Assembly (NCBI GenBank): GCA_964291655.2
Contig: OZ219802.1
Span: 640,001 to 704,000 of the forward strand
Direction of reading: 5' to 3'
Source of the DNA: Chloroflexota bacterium
GTDB taxonomy: Bacteria; Chloroflexota; UBA11872; VXOZ01
DNA length: 64,000 nucleotides
Part shown: in pieces, positions 60,471 to 64,000 of the stretch
How the letters are laid out: each line of letters opens with the position of its first letter
Numbering within the stretch: the stretch's first letter is position 1
Translations under genes and position numbers: made by a program
The notes under the pieces: model-generated
Told to the model about the DNA's origin: nothing
Seen by the model: only the letters and a program-made list of their open reading frames with translations
Database searches by the model: none

Positions 60471-61487
60471 TTATGCCGGGTAGAAGCCCTTGAACAACGT
60501 TTCAATGACATCGATACTGCGGGGCCCCGGCTGGGTGGCCGTAAAGGGCACAACGACATAGCGCTGGTCCTGGATAGCCTTGATCGATGCGAGCGCCTCG
60601 GAATTGGCGAGGAACTCGCGCTTCTCGTCCGCTGTAGACCAGGTTGCGTCGTGCAGCACGATGACGTCCGGATTTCGTTCGATAACGGACTCCCAGTTCA
60701 CCGTAGCAAAGTCGCCATCAACGTCCGCGAAGATGTTGATGCCACCGGCCTCTTCCAGCAGGGCATTCACGATGCCTGTACCGGCGGCCGTATACGGCGC
60801 TTCGTTGTCGCTGTCGAAGACGAAAACCGTGACCTTCGGATCCGCCGGTTGTGTCTTCGTGTGGATTTCCGCCAACCGCTCCCGGATGCCGGCTACATAG
60901 GCTTCCGCACGCTCCGACACACCGAAGATTTTGCCAATACTTAAGAAGTCAACAAATACGTCCTCGATGGTGGCCTTGCGTTCCAGGCAATTTGCCTGGG
61001 CAACATATGAGTTTATGTTCAGTTCCAACAAGGCCTCGCGCGGGCCAGCCACCTCATCGCGGAAGGCGCTCACCCAACCGGCGTAGAGGAAGTCTGGTTC
61101 CACTCCCAAGAACACCTCTCGGGAAGGGTATAGTTCCGAGAGCACAGGTATCTGTTGGTAAGCGTCAGCGAGATTGGGCAAGATTGGGTCTTCCAGGTAC
61201 GCCGTGCCGACCATGTGGTCCTGCAACCCCAACGTCAACATCACTTCAGTGGCGTGTTGTGCCATGGCTACGGCGCGTTGCGGCGGCTGTTCGTACGTTA
61301 TGCTCACGCCACAATTCTCAATCGTGACCGGCGCGAACGTCGACTCGGCCTCTTTTTCTGGCATAGCTACTGCGGTCTCTGCCGGCTGCGATGTGCCAAC
61401 GCCGCAGGCGGCTAGGAGCAGGCCGCCGGTTCCCATGGCGCCAAGGGCCAAAATACCGCGGCGAGTCAACTGCTGCTTTCTGTTCAC
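60471..61487 (-). CDS. Iron-siderophore/cobalamin-type ABC substrate-binding lipoprotein (TroA_a-like), Tat signal
   Basis: TRRGIL..LAAC; VTIENCG, PPQRA; paralog of 55057..56079; GTG start after GGGAGAGG. Confidence 0.88.
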   Translation of the reverse strand: MNRKQQLTRRGILALGAMGTGGLLLAACGVGTSQPAETAVAMPEKEAESTFAPVTIENCGVSITYEQPPQRAVAMAQHATEVMLTLGLQDHMVGTAYLEDPILPNLADAYQQIPVLSELYPSREVFLGVEPDFLYAGWVSAFRDEVAGPREALLELNINSYVAQANCLERKATIEDVFVDFLSIGKIFGVSERAEAYVAGIRERLAEIHTKTQPADPKVTVFVFDSDNEAPYTAAGTGIVNALLEEAGGINIFADVDGDFATVNWESVIERNPDVIVLHDATWSTADEKREFLANSEALASIKAIQDQRYVVVPFTATQPGPRSIDVIETLFKGFYPA

Positions 61488-61519
61488 TTTTATGCCTCTC
61501 CCAAAGTTAACACTAATCA

Positions 61520-61589
61520 TAACGACAAGCGTTATCAATAAGTTAATGATAACTATAGTCATTAAAGGGAAAGTCTTCCGGCTTGTCAA
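61520..61589 (-). promoter_or_regulatory. Promoter with overlapping Fur-box-like palindrome
   Basis: Minus strand TTGACA-17-TTTAAT; TAATGATAACTATAGTCATTA at 61544-61564 and a second TTGATAACGCTTGTCGTTA-like site downstream. Confidence 0.6.
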
Positions 61590-61843
61590 GGGGGATTGGA
61601 CAAAGCGCAGATTTTTTTGAAAGGAAATTGCCGCCAACTGAAGCCTACAAGTCACAGACTTAGTGGATCTGCGAGCGTCTTCAATGCAAGTGAGGGTCAG
61701 ATTTGCGGGACCAATCTCAAAGAACCGTGTGTTAGTCTAGATAGAGATCGCACCTGCATCCCGGAAGTGCGTTCCAAGCTGCGGCATCTCGCAGCCAGTG
61801 TGCTGCCAATTTGGGCAATGCGCACCCAAAGAGATCCCTTGGG

Positions 61844-62374
61844 CTAGGTGGGATTGCCGGCGGGATACAGGAACGGCACCCAGGACTCGTGAGGCGGTGA
61901 AGGCACGTAGCGGAGATGGGCAAGGTAGCCGTTGAGCCGTGGCTTGCCTGGCCTCGCCAACAGACGCATGCGCGCTTCTTCGGCCGTGCGGCCGCCTTTG
62001 CGGTGGTTGCAGTCCTTACAGGCGGAAACGAGGTTCTCCCAGGTGTGCCCGCCGCCACGGTGGCGAGGCATGACGTGGTCTATCGTGAGTTCCCGTGCTT
62101 GCACCCCGCAGTACTGACACGTATGGCTATCGCGGCGAAAGACCTCCTGGCGGACCAATCGAGGCCCGGTGGGGGGCCGCTTGACTAAGTAATGCAGTTT
62201 GATCACTGAAGGGCGTGTATAGCGGGCTTCGGCTGATATTAAGTCATCCGCGTACTGTTCGACTACTTCCGCCTTGCCGGTGAGCAAGAGCACGAACGCC
62301 CGCCGCACGTTGCAGATATTCAGCGGTCGATAGTCAAGATTCAATACCAGAACACGCTTGTTAATGCTGTTCAT
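61844..62374 (-). CDS. HNH endonuclease (McrA-like)
   Basis: LVLN.DY.PL, RD.HTCQYCG, TIDHV.P...GG.HTWENLV.AC..CN.RKG. Confidence 0.9.
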   Translation of the reverse strand: MNSINKRVLVLNLDYRPLNICNVRRAFVLLLTGKAEVVEQYADDLISAEARYTRPSVIKLHYLVKRPPTGPRLVRQEVFRRDSHTCQYCGVQARELTIDHVMPRHRGGGHTWENLVSACKDCNHRKGGRTAEEARMRLLARPGKPRLNGYLAHLRYVPSPPHESWVPFLYPAGNPT

Positions 62375-62517
62375 TGCGGGCCACACTTACCAGCAACCGG
62401 TCGTGTTCTTGACCATCGTTTTGTTGGCGGTTAAGCTACGGAACATTCACCTCCGGCAATGCTAAAACCTGCCTCTTGCCTGTATTCTAGCTGGAACCAA
62501 ACACGTTCACAATACCG

Positions 62518-62546
62518 TTGACCCTATAGAACCCCCTGAGTATACT
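62518..62546 (+). promoter_or_regulatory. Sigma70-type promoter
   Basis: TTGACC-17-TATACT upstream of SWIM gene. Confidence 0.5.
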
Positions 62547-62707
62547 GAGACTCAAGGGCAAGATACTGCGCAGACGCCACGTTTACTTGCAATTTCCTCA
62601 CTTCACCGGCGCAATCTCCCACGCACAGCACGCTTGCCGCAATTCGCTGGTGCCTCATTAAATTCACAGTGTGTGCCGGTCCGGATCACTAGAACAAGGG
62701 GGCTTGA

Positions 62708-62989
62708 ATGTATTCCAGTCTGATTGGCAAAGTGGAGAAAGCTAACCGATATACCGAAGAACGGGATCGTTTTAGCTTTTCAGCTTTCACGGTGCGCGTG
62801 CGTGGTGACAACAACGAACACGAGGTCTCCTTCAAGGACGGGGAGTGGCACTGTGACTGCGACTTCTTCACGATCTATGGACTGTGCAGCCACGGTATGG
62901 CCCTGGAGCGCATCCTCGGTGAAATGGTCTCCGCCAAGATGACGTTTTCCGATATGATCAAGGCTAAGACCGGGACCGCTCTGCCGTAG
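62708..62989 (+). CDS. Small SWIM zinc-finger protein
   Basis: WHCDCDFF....LCSH (CxC-xn-CxH). Confidence 0.8.
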   Translation: MYSSLIGKVEKANRYTEERDRFSFSAFTVRVRGDNNEHEVSFKDGEWHCDCDFFTIYGLCSHGMALERILGEMVSAKMTFSDMIKAKTGTALP

Positions 62990-63109
62990 GATTATCGGCC
63001 ACTTCAGACCCCGGACACCCCGTGCCTTCCGTCGTTAAGACCGGTTTTCTTTAGCAAGAATTCCCCCATTTAGAGGTAACCGGGACGCTCAACCCATCTT
63101 GTAATCCGT

Positions 63110-63616
63110 ATGTTCAAGATTGACCCTCAAGACATCGAAATTGTCCGCAGCGCCCAGCGCAGCAAGACCGTTTCCGGTGAATTCAAGCATGGCAAGCTAC
63201 GTGTCCACGTACCCGCACGCCTAAGCAAGGAACAAGAAGAACACTACGTCGCGACAATCATCGAACGGGTTGAACGCCGCGAGACCCAGCAGATGCTCAA
63301 CGACGGCGATCCGCTCCTCAAGCGCGCCGCTGAACTCAATGCGCAGTACTTTGCGGGCAAGCTGGAGATTGTCTCAGTCACCTACGTAACCAACCAAAAC
63401 TCCCGCTTCGGCAGTTGTAGCGTGCGTCGCAAGACCATCCGCCTTTCGCACCATCTCACCGAAGTCCCGGAATGGGTGCGTGACTACGTGCTCATGCATG
63501 AGATGGCCCATCTCGTTGAGCCGGGGCACAACCGGCGCTTCTGGGACATTGTAAATCGCTACCCCCGCACGCAAGAAGCCCGGCGCTATCTGAGGAATTT
63601 CGCCTTCGCTGAATAG
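63110..63616 (+). CDS. M48/YgjP (DUF45) family metallopeptidase
   Basis: RFGSCS, YVLMHEMAHL..PGH..RFW. Confidence 0.88.
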   Translation: MFKIDPQDIEIVRSAQRSKTVSGEFKHGKLRVHVPARLSKEQEEHYVATIIERVERRETQQMLNDGDPLLKRAAELNAQYFAGKLEIVSVTYVTNQNSRFGSCSVRRKTIRLSHHLTEVPEWVRDYVLMHEMAHLVEPGHNRRFWDIVNRYPRTQEARRYLRNFAFAE

Positions 63617-63719
63617 CCTCAGCAGCAATGTGCAGCGCTGCAGCCCTGCGACCTCCGGGACTCTCGTCCGCCCCCGCCGCAATCTTCCCTCTTCGGCAAT
63701 CCTGTGGCATGCTGTATTC

Positions 63720-64000
63720 ATGGCTACCGCAAAGACCAAGAAAGCACGACGGGCGGAGAAAGTCCGCGACCCCAACAACCTGGTGGTGGCGACGAACCGC
63801 CGCGCTTTCCACGACTACCACATCGACGCCACATTCGAGGCCGGCCTTAACCTTCTGGGTACTGAAGTGAAGTCAATCCGCGCTGGCCGTGTCAATTTGG
63901 CTGAAGGCTTTGTGCGCATAATCAATCGCGAGGCGTGGCTTTGGAATGTGCACATTTCACCGTACCAGCGGGGCGGCTATGTCAATCACGAACCGACCCG
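63720..64000 (+). CDS. smpB: SsrA-binding protein (partial, runs off window end)
   Basis: Manual translation: VATNRRAFHDYHI..TFEAGL.LLGTEVKSIRAG.VNL...HISPY...NHEP. Confidence 0.95.
   Translation, partial: MATAKTKKARRAEKVRDPNNLVVATNRRAFHDYHIDATFEAGLNLLGTEVKSIRAGRVNLAEGFVRIINREAWLWNVHISPYQRGGYVNHEPT

Noticed and set aside
61844-63616. HNH + SWIM + M48 peptidase as a defence system
   Set aside because: HNH is divergent from the other two, all are common stand-alone families next to smpB, and there is no other defence context

Overview
High-GC bacterial chromosomal segment, probably Chloroflexota (inferred from a Trp T-box, Tat-type lipoprotein solute-binding proteins and a small SWIM protein of a type I recall from this phylum). 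Left to right: Cof-type HAD hydrolase (partial), FmdB-like Zn-ribbon protein, type II glutamine synthetase, a CoxMSL-like molybdoenzyme, and a catabolic block (tandem Gfo/Idh/MocA oxidoreductases, two sulfatases, an orphan sugar SBP, TIM-barrel isomerases, a double-domain alpha/beta hydrolase, creatininase-like, DgaE/SelA-like PLP enzyme, KdgK-like kinase, frameshifted Eda). Next come a T-box-controlled trpEGDCF-(DUF2281)-trpS-trpBA operon and an AsfABC-like flavoprotein/ferredoxin/sulfonate-ABC cluster interrupted by an IS481 that landed inside a palindromic repeat. The right end holds a probably Fur-controlled FecBCD-type ABC locus with a DUF1028 protein and a His-less CbiX-[2Fe-2S] ferredoxin fusion, then HNH, SWIM, M48 peptidase and partial smpB. 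Intergenic DNA is dense with palindromic repeats and TIR-bounded MITE-like elements, and all toxin-antitoxin modules seen have a broken or missing toxin. No rRNA, tRNA or CRISPR array was found. Product calls come from motif recognition only; no database searches were run.
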